A DNA stretch of 59,104 nt from a virus (lineage: Duplodnaviria > Caudoviricetes). This document shows positions 25,919-35,947 of this stretch, in pieces; position 1 is the stretch's first letter, and the number at the start of each line of letters is the position of its first letter. Location: positions 1 to 59,104 of the IMG/VR virus record IMGVR_UViG_3300050016_000060, one strand, 5' to 3'. A program made the position numbers and the translations under genes. A model generated the notes under the pieces. It made no database searches and was not told the origin of the DNA. It saw only the letters and a list, made by a program, of their open reading frames with translations.

Positions 25919-27161
25919 TCAATCCGCCTTTCACGAGTGCTGGGTCCAGGTCGGCCTCATGGGCCTTAAGGCTCTTAACCGCGCTCGCGTAAATGTCCTC
26001 TGACTTCCATTTTAGCGTTTCATCGGGGAAGTCGCTCAATATCTTCGGCTCGGATTTGCTCCGGTTGTCGATGAACACGAAATCCAGCCCTTCGGCGTAC
26101 CTGTTCTGCTTCACGAAGTCGCTCATGTTCTTTGCGCCTTCGGCGTAGCTGTCCGCAAAAAGCCGCGCGTCAACCATGCGGCCCTTACGCATGGCGCGAC
26201 GGATGACGCCCCGGTCGCTCCCTTCCCAGGTGTCTTTCGGGTCAGCCCAAACATAGGCGCACGTGACGGCGATGCCGCGCTTTTTACATTCGGCATAAAT
26301 CCAAGCGTTCTCCGTCGCGTTCTGTTCTCCTGCCGCATCCCATATCGCGCCGACTTGCTCCGACGCTGGCAGCATCCCGTAATGCGGATCATCGGGATTC
26401 GTTGAGCTGGCGAGCGTCGATCCCTTTCCAGCAGCACAACCGCCGTTCGTGATGAGAACGCGACGTTTATCTTCCGGCAGCTTGGCGACAACATCATCGA
26501 GGTAAACCAGAAAGGCCCGCTTCGCAATCGCGTTCGCTGTCTGGTGTACCGCCGTGTTGTATTTCGCCATCGCCTTTTTCGTGTCTTCGTCTAGCTCTTC
26601 GCCAACGCCAATCGCGGACGGATTCCAGTCTGGATTAAGAGCCTTCACGTCATCGGTTGCGAAGATATTTGGCTCAACGCCGACTTTCCGCTTGCGGAGA
26701 GCCTTGAGATATTTGCGGGCCATTTTCTCCGGGTCTTTTTCGTAGGCATCGGCGAACCTGGATTCAACCTTGCGTTGTTTTTTCGAGAGGTTCGGCAAGC
26801 GTGGAATTTTCGGCGGCGGGGGAACTGTCATCGCGGGCACGCCAACGCGGGCATGATCCACAATGCCGGTTGCCGAATTCTTCGCCGTAAGATTCGGCAA
26901 GTAGAATTCTCCTTGCGGCGTTTCTTTTTCGCCGGTTCGTTGGCTCGGCTTTGATTTTCCGGCAACCCCTTCGCTGCCGCCCTGGGCGACAAATTGGCCC
27001 GTATGTTCGCCATGCAAATTCCCTTGCTCATCTTCAATTGCAAGCTTTGCATCATGCTGTAAATGTTCGTTAAGAGACATGGCCCATTCGTCCATGTATG
27101 AATCAAGCCCATCTTCAAATTCGTCATCCATTTTTTTGTAGAGAGCGGCATCAATGGCCAT
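25875..27161 (-). CDS. Putative head-packaged protein with zeta-toxin-like P-loop kinase domain
   Basis: DEQGNLHGEHTGQFV motif; ITNGGCAAGKGS Walker A; YVWADP...RAMRKGRMVD...SY. Confidence 0.65.
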   Translation of the reverse strand: MAIDAALYKKMDDEFEDGLDSYMDEWAMSLNEHLQHDAKLAIEDEQGNLHGEHTGQFVAQGGSEGVAGKSKPSQRTGEKETPQGEFYLPNLTAKNSATGIVDHARVGVPAMTVPPPPKIPRLPNLSKKQRKVESRFADAYEKDPEKMARKYLKALRKRKVGVEPNIFATDDVKALNPDWNPSAIGVGEELDEDTKKAMAKYNTAVHQTANAIAKRAFLVYLDDVVAKLPEDKRRVLITNGGCAAGKGSTLASSTNPDDPHYGMLPASEQVGAIWDAAGEQNATENAWIYAECKKRGIAVTCAYVWADPKDTWEGSDRGVIRRAMRKGRMVDARLFADSYAEGAKNMSDFVKQNRYAEGLDFVFIDNRSKSEPKILSDFPDETLKWKSEDIYASAVKSLKAHEADLDPALVKGGLNGEKIWGPPKPIAG

Positions 27162-29265
27162 AGGAAACACTCCCTACGTAAGATTTTTTGGCAATGTCCA
27201 TTTGCCAGTCGATGCGATCATGGAAGCCGTCGAAAATGAAAACATCAGCCGTTTTTGTATCGGGGTTGATAATGACGGTCAACGTGCGCGGCTTAATCGG
27301 CTTGCCGTACTTTTTCTCAAGCGACTTGATAACCGCCGCTTTTCGTTCCTTGATCCGGCGTTGCTTATGCTGGTTCCATTCCTCTCGTTCTTGTGGCGTC
27401 ATTTTTTCATAGGCTTCGTTTTCGGCTTTGCTGGTTTTGCTGAACGTCAACCGCCACTGTTGCGACTTGCGAGCGTTGCTGACCAGTCCACCCTTCACTT
27501 CCGTTGGCGCATGATCCTCGATCATGTCGATGGGAAAATTCGTCGCTTCCGTGTTCATCGGCCGCGCGTCCTTGAATCCCTTGATTGTCTTGAGGTATGC
27601 GAGCGCGACGGCTTCCGCAACGCGGCCCGTCTCTTGTTTCGTCAGCGTCGTTTTGACCGGGATCGGCTCGCCATTGAATACGCGTTTCTTGATCGCCTTG
27701 ACACTGACCGCAGAGCCGTGAGCCGATCCGGGATGATATGCCGGCGTACCGGTAGTTTTACCTTTAGGTGTTTTATCTAACCCAGTGGACGCCGATTCTT
27801 CATCGCCAGTGAATTGTCCCCCGCCTTTACCTTTCCCTTTGTGCTTATGGCCCTCAGCGTCCACCGAAAACTCCGCTTCAATCGGCATCCGTAGCGATAG
27901 CTGGATGGAGAGCGGAGCGCCGGATAGCGATTTGCGGAACGCTGGATTCGGAGGGGGAATGTAAGGCACGTATTCCGGTTCCGGTTCGATGCCAGTCTCA
28001 AGCCATTTCTGCGCGGACGTAACGCCAGCTTCCGCAGCCATGCGAACAGTCAGGACGATAAATCCACATCTACAATTAAAATCCGCAGGGGGTTTCCACG
28101 CAAGGAACGTGGGATCATCAACACGGTATATCGGCCCCCCATTCAGCCCATGCCATTCCATCGCTAGATGATCGTGCCGTACCCTATCGTCATCTATCGC
28201 GGTCCAACGCACGAATGGAAAGCCGCTGCGCACGTAAGGGTGTTGCAAAATCTTGAATTGCCCGTCCGTGAATGCGGTTTGAATGGCAACCCTTAGAACC
28301 GTTTCTAGGTGTGCCGGCGAAAGAAACGTCCCCTCATCCACCGACGCAAGTATCTTCTCACGTCCTGCTTGAACGTCTGCCCCTTCCGCAATGTTCTCGG
28401 CAATCGCATCGCGTATTTTCTCCAACGTCTCCTGAGCATCAACCCCCGTTACCGTGAACGCCTTGGCCCGTGCCGCTTCGTCCAGACGATCAAAGCCGGC
28501 GCGGTCGATGACATTCTTTTTCGATAACTCTGCCGCTGCTTCGTCGATGATCGGGAAGTGAATACGCCCCGGCTCGCCACGTTCCGGCCTCGTCACGGAC
28601 AACGGCGGCGGCGGAACCGCTGGCTGCTGTTGCTCCGCGATCAACTGATGCCGCACGAACTGCTGTTCGGCAGACGATAGCTTGATGATCTCTTCTTCCC
28701 GTTGCATCGGCTCCAAGTCACGCAATCTCTCTACGAGGTCTAACGCCTCTTGCGGTTCAAGCGAAACTGGCGGGGGAGATGAAGGGAACATCGGCACGAC
28801 GGGAATCTGTTGCACGACTTCCTTTGCGCCGGCCAATAGGGACGCAAGCTGCGTTGTCGTCAACAGACTCGCCAACTGTAGCCGATACTTCGTGATTGCT
28901 TCGATGATCGCCGTGGCCATCTTTGCGGGATCGGTGATCTTCAACGCCTTGCGAAGTGCGTCCCTTGCATCGGCGGATAAGCCTTTGGCTTTGTCGAGAG
29001 AGCGGTTTAGGATGCCTTGGCCGACGCGGGAAAAAATATCATGTGCAAAAAACATTCCGCCGTCTTGATCGCTTGGCGGGATCGGCTCAAGAGACAACGC
29101 ACACGCCGTAAACGTCGCCCCCTGATCGTCCGCACATTCCATTGCAAGTTGAGCCGAAAGAATAGCCTCTTCCGTGTCGTCAGTCTGCAAAAGACATTCG
29201 CGCAGAATCGCCGTGTAACGCAATGCGTCACGGTGAGCCAGCTTTTCTTTGCCGTTGACTGTCAT
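27151..29265 (-). CDS. MuF (SPP1 gp7/Mu gpF) minor head protein with C-terminal PD-(D/E)xK-like extension
   Basis: AFTVTG, HLETVLR, WTAIDDDRVRHDH, PPADFNCRC; tail GRVAEA...PIDM...EVKG. Confidence 0.85.
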   Translation of the reverse strand: MTVNGKEKLAHRDALRYTAILRECLLQTDDTEEAILSAQLAMECADDQGATFTACALSLEPIPPSDQDGGMFFAHDIFSRVGQGILNRSLDKAKGLSADARDALRKALKITDPAKMATAIIEAITKYRLQLASLLTTTQLASLLAGAKEVVQQIPVVPMFPSSPPPVSLEPQEALDLVERLRDLEPMQREEEIIKLSSAEQQFVRHQLIAEQQQPAVPPPPLSVTRPERGEPGRIHFPIIDEAAAELSKKNVIDRAGFDRLDEAARAKAFTVTGVDAQETLEKIRDAIAENIAEGADVQAGREKILASVDEGTFLSPAHLETVLRVAIQTAFTDGQFKILQHPYVRSGFPFVRWTAIDDDRVRHDHLAMEWHGLNGGPIYRVDDPTFLAWKPPADFNCRCGFIVLTVRMAAEAGVTSAQKWLETGIEPEPEYVPYIPPPNPAFRKSLSGAPLSIQLSLRMPIEAEFSVDAEGHKHKGKGKGGGQFTGDEESASTGLDKTPKGKTTGTPAYHPGSAHGSAVSVKAIKKRVFNGEPIPVKTTLTKQETGRVAEAVALAYLKTIKGFKDARPMNTEATNFPIDMIEDHAPTEVKGGLVSNARKSQQWRLTFSKTSKAENEAYEKMTPQEREEWNQHKQRRIKERKAAVIKSLEKKYGKPIKPRTLTVIINPDTKTADVFIFDGFHDRIDWQMDIAKKSYVGSVSYGH

Positions 29266-30662
29266 GCAACTCGCCTCAATGCCTTTCGTGCAATCGCGCG
29301 GATGGAATCAGTGATTAACGGATTCGCGGAGAACCGCTTCCCGCCATCATCGCCCCCATCATCTTGCGTCGGCTCCGGTTGATCGTTCGCCGCTTTCTGC
29401 GCTGGCGGTTGCGGCGGTGTTTGCGTCTGTCCACCTGGTTGCTGACCAGGCTGACCGGCAGACGCTTTGTTCTTTGTTTCGATCAATCGCCGTAGCTTGA
29501 TGTCAAACTTGACCGGCCCAAAGTTCCACAACACCAGCGGCCTTAGCACTTCCTCCACGAACAACCGCAAGAACCGATCCCCGATATGCTGTTGCGAATC
29601 AAGGAACGCTTCCAGGGGAATCCTACGCCCGCTATAACCGCTCCCCGTCTCGGCAGCTTGAATCAATTCAGGCGGCACGCCAACGCCGCGATAAATCTGG
29701 TCGATGAGGTAGTTGATATACTCCACCAACGGCGCGACGTTCAGCACGCTCTTAGGCAACTCGATTTCCCACTTCTTTTTACCTGCCCCCGCCGCTCCGT
29801 CAGGATAGCACGTCGATGGAAAGCCAACGCCTGCCCCCGTCTTTAGCTGTTCGGCCATCTGCCGAGCCATGTCCCGTGCGAACCGGCGAGGATTGCCGTT
29901 GCTGTCCAGCGTCGTGTTGCCGCTCCCTGGATTCGGCCCCTGCAAGTCCTCTTCGGGATAATAGACAATCGGCCCAGCGAACGCATGGCGATAAACGCCC
30001 ATGTCAATCGTCGATTCCGCACCGTCCTTCCATGCCAGCCGACGCCACGGACGCCACGCCCCGAATAGCTGTGATTGCCCGTAGAACAGATTCCACCGTG
30101 GATTGTGGGCATACCACATTGCCTTGCTTGGCACGCTTCCCGATGCCATCCAAAGATCGACCGGCCCCTTGTCCTTAACGTGCTTCACGCGGACGCCAAC
30201 AGGAATCGAGCCTTGCGTGAGAAGAAACGTATCGGCGGGTGAGAAGTGGTTCATCCCATTCCAACTCAAAAGGCCGTCAACATCATCGTACAAATTCTCC
30301 GCGCCGATCCAGCCGTAATCGTAGCCGCCTTGTAATTGCGGTACACCGATGTCCCAATACCTTTGCACTTGCTCAAGGCAAAACTTCGTCACCACGTCCG
30401 ATTCGCTCTTGCAATCGAACTCGGCCCCCGCGATGCCGGCCTTGTAATTGTTCAGTGCGTTCAGCACAATCGGATGCGTCAGCATGTTCTCGATGTCACG
30501 CCGAAACCAAAACCACGGCGAACCATCAAGCCCCCAGATCGTATCGAGAGGGATAGTTGCCTTGTATCCAGTGGTCAGCGGTTCGGACGTAAGAACTTCC
30601 GCCATCCGGTCTTTCTTCGGCGGCTCTTTGTTCAATACGGCGGTTCCGTTTGTTCCTGCCAT
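29262..30662 (-). CDS. Portal protein (DUF935/Mu gp29-like)
   Basis: 466 aa; YGQSQL..AW.PW, EYINYLIDQI..GVGVP, GSGYS, VLRPLV.WNFG; directly upstream of MuF. Confidence 0.75.
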   Translation of the reverse strand: MAGTNGTAVLNKEPPKKDRMAEVLTSEPLTTGYKATIPLDTIWGLDGSPWFWFRRDIENMLTHPIVLNALNNYKAGIAGAEFDCKSESDVVTKFCLEQVQRYWDIGVPQLQGGYDYGWIGAENLYDDVDGLLSWNGMNHFSPADTFLLTQGSIPVGVRVKHVKDKGPVDLWMASGSVPSKAMWYAHNPRWNLFYGQSQLFGAWRPWRRLAWKDGAESTIDMGVYRHAFAGPIVYYPEEDLQGPNPGSGNTTLDSNGNPRRFARDMARQMAEQLKTGAGVGFPSTCYPDGAAGAGKKKWEIELPKSVLNVAPLVEYINYLIDQIYRGVGVPPELIQAAETGSGYSGRRIPLEAFLDSQQHIGDRFLRLFVEEVLRPLVLWNFGPVKFDIKLRRLIETKNKASAGQPGQQPGGQTQTPPQPPAQKAANDQPEPTQDDGGDDGGKRFSANPLITDSIRAIARKALRRVA

Positions 30663-31342
30663 TAACGGCCTCCCTGTGTGGCGCTGTCGTCCGGCTGACT
30701 GAACGGGGCTTGTAGCGCCGTCGGCAATGGGTCCGTAGCCCGAATATGCTGCGCCAAGTTCGGCGGCGGATTCTGCTGATCGGTCGGTGGCTCTGCAACA
30801 GTATACCAGAGCGACCATTCCGCTTTCCAGAGCGGCACGCCAGAATAATTGCCCACGATCTTGTTATACGCCCGCTGCCGTGGTTCATCATCGGGGATTG
30901 CATCAACGCCGCCGAAACTCTTGAGCGATGGAATTGGTACTTGATAGCCGACGCGGAGAGCAAGCCCGCGCAGATTAAAACGGTAAACTGAATGAGCCAT
31001 ACGCTGCGCTACATCCTGAAAGTCGCCGACTGATTTTGTGTTGACCCCTTGCGTCGTGTTCTGCTCCAGTCCTGCATCGAACATATCCATCGAACCGAGC
31101 GAATCGGCGTTCGTATACGTTTGTGGCAATTGGCGATGAACCACGATTCCGCTATCCAATTCCATTTCAAGCCAGCAATCGTAATAGGCGTAAGACCCCG
31201 CCGAAGAGGTACACCACGGAACCTTGACGCCTTGCTCAAGCACCGTACCGGCATCGCTGTCCGAAATGCCCTGTTGGTACGCACCATTAGCGGCAAAGCC
31301 GGACGTGACGTTAGCATTCTGAAATACTGCAAATGCTGCCAT
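30662..31342 (-). CDS. Tail-associated structural protein
   Basis: Position after tape measure region; 226 aa. Confidence 0.5.
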   Translation of the reverse strand: MAAFAVFQNANVTSGFAANGAYQQGISDSDAGTVLEQGVKVPWCTSSAGSYAYYDCWLEMELDSGIVVHRQLPQTYTNADSLGSMDMFDAGLEQNTTQGVNTKSVGDFQDVAQRMAHSVYRFNLRGLALRVGYQVPIPSLKSFGGVDAIPDDEPRQRAYNKIVGNYSGVPLWKAEWSLWYTVAEPPTDQQNPPPNLAQHIRATDPLPTALQAPFSQPDDSATQGGR

Positions 31343-31345
31343 GTT

Positions 31346-32776
31346 TTATCCCGACTGGCCAAAATCGACGATGGCCTGAGCATTCGGATTCAACTGATTG
31401 CCGAGCCACGAACTAGAGCCGGAAATTTGTTGCACGGACGTTGCCCACAATCGCGGATCGCCTTCAAGGGCGCTCTTCCGCCACATGCCAGACGCCTGAA
31501 TAATCCGTGCCCATGAGGAAACAATCTGCCAAGTGATCGAAAATGTCACGGTCCTTGAATCCAGATACATCCCTTCATCCATGCTGAAATCTTTGACAAT
31601 CGGCTTATCGGTGTTCTGTGCTTTCTGTTGCGTTGTTTGATTGACGAGCCGATATAGATTCAATGTCGCTCTCCCCACCGCTGCGACCGTACTACCAGGC
31701 AAAGGATTAAGGACGCTCGTCGCCACATTGAAGCCGTCCCACAAAGCCGTTGTGACAAAATTCCACGGCCCCGGCGCGGACGGTGCATTCGGATTTTGCG
31801 TCTGGGGATTGCTCGTTGGAATAATCCCCTGCGCGGAATTGGCATATCGTGTTTGGAACATCGCTAAAAACGCTTCCCATGCAAGCCGCCGCGAATTTCC
31901 CTTCGCTACCGTGTACGTGCATCGCAGATTACAAAGCCAGAGCGTCAAGCCAGGTCCAGACCTCGCAGGCTTCACCGTAAAACTCCCCCTCGCGTTCGTC
32001 ATCCCAGGCGGCATCCCCATGTACGGCAACTCTTCCGCCGTGAATGACCATTCCATCGTGCGCTTATCACGCGACACATTGAACTCCCGCTCCGTCACGC
32101 GAAAACGGGTCAAGTCAATGCCGCCGCCGCCGACGCTGACAATGCTGTTCAGGAACGTGGAACGGAAATTATCAACAGTCTGCGTCATCGTCCGCGTGTT
32201 CACCGTGGCCCGCGTCATCGGGATTTCCAGCGTGCCTTTAATCGAGAGTGTCGAGAATCCATCGGCATCATATTTGACGCTTGTTTCTTCGTTGAACTGT
32301 AAAATAGGACCGAGCCGCCCGCCAACGCCAGGCACTTCCGGTATGCGAAACGTCACGGTCCACTTTACCTTCGCCGATCTTGCTTGACCGAGCGGCTGAA
32401 AGTCGAGCGTCTTAGGTTCCGGCCCCCACGCCACATCTTGTAATCTTCCGCCAGGCTGATTGACAATAACCGGCCCGAATCCTCGCACGGTATACGTCAA
32501 CACCCCGCCTTGCTGATTCAGCAAATTGCGAATCGTTTGCATCGTGTATTCAATCGTCGATGTGTTCACCCCGTCAACCGAATTAGTAATCGGCCCCACC
32601 GTCACATAGCCGTCCACCATGAGCGTGTACTCCATGTACTTCACAGTCCAGTTCGCTTGGTCCTTGACGGCAATGCCGCTTATGCTGGACGTGAACAATG
32701 GCGAGAACGTGCAACCGTTGTAACTGAGTTGCCCGATGTCTGGTAACAACGTGCTGCCTGTCGTGAAGTTTGGCAT
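31346..32776 (-). CDS. Tail-associated structural protein (distal tail-like)
   Basis: 476 aa beta-rich; immediately downstream of tape measure. Confidence 0.55.
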   Translation of the reverse strand: MPNFTTGSTLLPDIGQLSYNGCTFSPLFTSSISGIAVKDQANWTVKYMEYTLMVDGYVTVGPITNSVDGVNTSTIEYTMQTIRNLLNQQGGVLTYTVRGFGPVIVNQPGGRLQDVAWGPEPKTLDFQPLGQARSAKVKWTVTFRIPEVPGVGGRLGPILQFNEETSVKYDADGFSTLSIKGTLEIPMTRATVNTRTMTQTVDNFRSTFLNSIVSVGGGGIDLTRFRVTEREFNVSRDKRTMEWSFTAEELPYMGMPPGMTNARGSFTVKPARSGPGLTLWLCNLRCTYTVAKGNSRRLAWEAFLAMFQTRYANSAQGIIPTSNPQTQNPNAPSAPGPWNFVTTALWDGFNVATSVLNPLPGSTVAAVGRATLNLYRLVNQTTQQKAQNTDKPIVKDFSMDEGMYLDSRTVTFSITWQIVSSWARIIQASGMWRKSALEGDPRLWATSVQQISGSSSWLGNQLNPNAQAIVDFGQSG

Positions 32777-34515
32777 TAGACCCCCTGCGGTAATTGCATT
32801 CCTTGACCTTGCCCAGCGATTGGCATTCCGTTCGCGTCGAATCCGCCTTGAATCTGCGGACCAATCAAGCCGGTTGCCATATCTTGCAATTGATTACTCT
32901 CTTGTTGGTTACGCCACCAACGAGCGAAATCGGCCAAAATCTGAAGGGCTTCGCCTGCCGTTTCGATGCTTGGAAACGCCAGTTTGAACAATGCCCATAT
33001 CCCCTCGATGTTGTCCGCTCCCGCGCCGACAATCGCCATCAGGTTTTCCGCAATCGGCAACAGCTTCACCAAAATCTTGATCTTCGCTTCCTCGAATTGC
33101 TGTTGAAGATCGCTCCGAGCCTGAATATATCTCGCCAGTTCCGGCCCCGCTGTTTGTGCCCGCCGCATATCTGCGAGAACTTGCCGTATTTCACTTTGCG
33201 CTTGTGCTTGTGCGATGACGGGACTGTAATCGCCGTAGCGGTCTGCCGTGGCATCAACTGCCTTCATAAACTTGCCGAGCGATGAAGCCGCTTCGCCTGC
33301 TACGCTTCCCAATACACTCAATGCCGGGGAAATCAGAAACATACTGGCACTTGCTGATTTGGTCGCCTCTCCGAATGCTGCCGTGCTGCCCGCTGCTGAC
33401 GCATCGGCAGACGCAAACAATGAGGCGAAATCACCAGCACCGCGAACAATCCCCATAGCGGCATCACGGAGCGCACCGACAACCGCCAAGGCAGCGCCGG
33501 CAATCGCCGCGATTGGACCAGCCGTTTCCAAAGCCGCCATTGCGCCACCGCTGGCCGCTACAGGAGCCGCTTGCGTTGCCACTGGCGTAGCCGGCGCAAC
33601 GGCAGCAACCGGCGCAGAAGTGGCCCCAGGCAAAGCCGGGGGAGCAATCGCTGCCGTAGGGATAGTCGGCGCTGGCGCAGCGATCGGAACATTGGCCGTT
33701 GACGGCATGGCCGGCGAAGGAAGCGACGGATTTTGCCCCGATGCCGGAATGCCAGTCTGCGCCGCTCCCTTGGCATCTTGAACCGCCGCAACCACATCAA
33801 GCAAAGCACCCGCCAGCGTGCCGAACACGCCGCCGATTGTGCCGCGCATCTTTTGGGCAACATCCAGCGTTACATCAAACGCCGATTTCGTCTGTTGTGC
33901 CGCTCCATACATCTGATCGTATGCGGCCTTGATCTGCTCTTTGCGGACTTCTGCCTCTCTCTGTTTGCCGGCTTCTTTCGTAGGATCAAACGCGGGGACA
34001 GCGGCAACAGTCGGCGGATTCAGCTTGGCATAGGCCGCATCAATCTGCTCTTTGCGACGTTCGGCATCAAGCCGCTTCTGTGCTTCTGCAATCGGATCAA
34101 ACGCTGGCTTTGCCGCCGCTGCCGGTTGCACACCACCAACCGCCTGTGGAGCCGCTACCGTTGCCGCTGGTTGCGATTGTGCCGCTGTTGGCCGCTGGTA
34201 AGCCGCCATGATCGCATCGCCAATCGTGCCGAATGTCTGGCCAGATTTGCGAAGCGTTTCCAGCATCGCATCAGCGTCTTTTTTCAGGACGCCCGTAGCC
34301 ATCAACGCGGCTTGCGTATCGTCCCAGAAAGATTGCGGCATAACAGACGGCACCGCTGGCGATTGCGTTGCCTGTGTCGATTGGGGTTGCGGAACTGCGG
34401 CTTGCGGAGATGAAGATGGAAGCGAAGGACTTGACTGCGTACCTTGAGCCGCCGGAGAAGTGCTGCCGCCCTCCTCCTCGACTTTGATTCGCAGGACGGC
34501 ATTATCTTCTGCCAC
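32776..34515 (-). CDS. Tape-measure-like protein
   Basis: 579 aa Ala/Gly/Gln-rich, helical, duplicated PAFDP...RKEQIxAAY; downstream of tail tube. Confidence 0.6.
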   Translation of the reverse strand: MAEDNAVLRIKVEEEGGSTSPAAQGTQSSPSLPSSSPQAAVPQPQSTQATQSPAVPSVMPQSFWDDTQAALMATGVLKKDADAMLETLRKSGQTFGTIGDAIMAAYQRPTAAQSQPAATVAAPQAVGGVQPAAAAKPAFDPIAEAQKRLDAERRKEQIDAAYAKLNPPTVAAVPAFDPTKEAGKQREAEVRKEQIKAAYDQMYGAAQQTKSAFDVTLDVAQKMRGTIGGVFGTLAGALLDVVAAVQDAKGAAQTGIPASGQNPSLPSPAMPSTANVPIAAPAPTIPTAAIAPPALPGATSAPVAAVAPATPVATQAAPVAASGGAMAALETAGPIAAIAGAALAVVGALRDAAMGIVRGAGDFASLFASADASAAGSTAAFGEATKSASASMFLISPALSVLGSVAGEAASSLGKFMKAVDATADRYGDYSPVIAQAQAQSEIRQVLADMRRAQTAGPELARYIQARSDLQQQFEEAKIKILVKLLPIAENLMAIVGAGADNIEGIWALFKLAFPSIETAGEALQILADFARWWRNQQESNQLQDMATGLIGPQIQGGFDANGMPIAGQGQGMQLPQGV

Positions 34516-34718
34516 GGTTCACCAATCACTTGCGAAAGAAAACCTTCACTGATTTTGGCGTCATGCCTTTTAGCCCTGTATCTATCATTTCGTCTGTTCG
34601 GTCCTTGATGATTTCTTTCAGCCGTGGCGTTACAGGTCCAGTAAAATCAAAACGATAAACGCCTGTATCGTTTACTTTTTGTTCTTCGTCTTTTTCGTTT
34701 TCTTCTGCCACGGTTCAC
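34505..34718. repeat. 18-bp direct repeat TCTTCTGCCACGGTTCAC at 34505-34522 and 34701-34718
   Basis: Both copies span the GTG start and first codons of consecutive genes. Confidence 0.85.
34526..34711 (-). CDS. Small low-GC inserted gene
   Basis: 61 aa; bracketed by the 18-bp direct repeat. Confidence 0.6.
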   Translation of the reverse strand: MAEENEKDEEQKVNDTGVYRFDFTGPVTPRLKEIIKDRTDEMIDTGLKGMTPKSVKVFFRK

Positions 34719-34722
34719 TCGC

Positions 34723-35247
34723 TCAAGTGGTCGAAAAAGGAATTGCCGTTGTTACCCCGCTGACCGTTGCCGAATACGGGATCAACACCAGCTCCAACGG
34801 AAACTCACGCATCTTGCTCGTCAGATTGAACGCCGATTGACTGTTCGGCGAGATGCCCGCATTCGTGGCCGTCAACGTCTGTGGAGTCGTCGGCGGATTG
34901 GCAAGGATCGCTGTCAACACCAGCGACTTGCAATAGTTCGTCCACCGATCCCCGATGTTCGCAAGCGACGGAGAGAACGAGCCGCTGCCGCCTGGCTGAC
35001 CGAACATCTGCAAAAGGTCAAGCAAGCCGGCCTTGTTCCACTCAAGGCCACGGAAACGGAGCTTCCAGTTCTGGCCCCTCCATATGGCCTCAACCAAAGT
35101 TTGCCCGTACTGATCGCTCGCATTGATTTCCTGCCCTTGGAGTGTGCAAGATAATTCAAAACCGTCGTCCTGTTGGACACCAAGGGCTTTGGCGTTCCAA
35201 GTGCCTGAATATGGGCCGCTGATCGGGATTGTCAAGCCTGCCGCGAT
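34723..35247 (-). CDS. Major tail tube-like protein
   Basis: GPYSGTWN...LG....DGF...I..DQYG...E.IWRG; start either ATC 35247 (after GAGGTG) or TTG 35235. Confidence 0.6.
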   Translation of the reverse strand: MAAGLTIPISGPYSGTWNAKALGVQQDDGFELSCTLQGQEINASDQYGQTLVEAIWRGQNWKLRFRGLEWNKAGLLDLLQMFGQPGGSGSFSPSLANIGDRWTNYCKSLVLTAILANPPTTPQTLTATNAGISPNSQSAFNLTSKMREFPLELVLIPYSATVSGVTTAIPFSTT

Positions 35248-35259
35248 GGTACACCTCTC

Positions 35260-35874
35260 TTACTTGTGAAGTTCAAGATAAGAAATCGCTTTACGCAATC
35301 TCTCAACATCTTCCTTGAAATTACCTATCCCTATGTTGCAATGCCGACAAAGCAGAGAACGTATTTTTTTGGACCCGTGGCAATGGTCAACACAAAGCCT
35401 CTTCAACACTCCCTTGTACAATGCCGTTTCCCGTTCCCCGCAAATGGCACATAGGAAATTCTGAGCTATTTCCATTCGCTCATATTCTTCTCTAGTTATT
35501 CCATATTCCTTGAGAAGTTTTTCCCATCTGGTTTTCTTGTATCGCATTTTGTCTGCGATTGCCGTTTGCCCGGACTTCAGCCTTTTCTGATACTGGTCAT
35601 AGCAAACTGCTGCATTACATGGACGGCATCTATGCCAGACAATTTTCGTAGGGCTATCTGCTGTCCCCTTCTTGCAAAACTCCGCAATAGGTTTGATAGT
35701 CTCGCATGTTGGGCATTGCTTTTCTGTCCGAAAATCCTTCCGCCGCAACTTTATCTCTCGACACGGAATGCACCATGCGCGAATCCGTTTCTTTCTATCA
35801 ACGAATAAATCAAGCGGTTTTTCTCTCTTGCATCGGCTGCAAGTCTTGCTTTCGGTACAATGATTCTCAGCCAC
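35260..35874 (-). CDS. Endonuclease VII-type (homing-like) endonuclease
   Basis: Two KxCxxC...K...F...C..C modules; YGIT..EY..M...Q...CAICG...LCVDHCH...IR.LLC..CN.GIG; low GC. Confidence 0.9.
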   Translation of the reverse strand: MAENHCTESKTCSRCKREKPLDLFVDRKKRIRAWCIPCREIKLRRKDFRTEKQCPTCETIKPIAEFCKKGTADSPTKIVWHRCRPCNAAVCYDQYQKRLKSGQTAIADKMRYKKTRWEKLLKEYGITREEYERMEIAQNFLCAICGERETALYKGVLKRLCVDHCHGSKKIRSLLCRHCNIGIGNFKEDVERLRKAISYLELHK

Positions 35875-35947
35875 TTCGCACCTCCTTCACAGGTTCGTTT
35901 TGGTCAGGACTCAGCACGCTCGTCAAAGCGTGCTGTTTCCGTTTATT

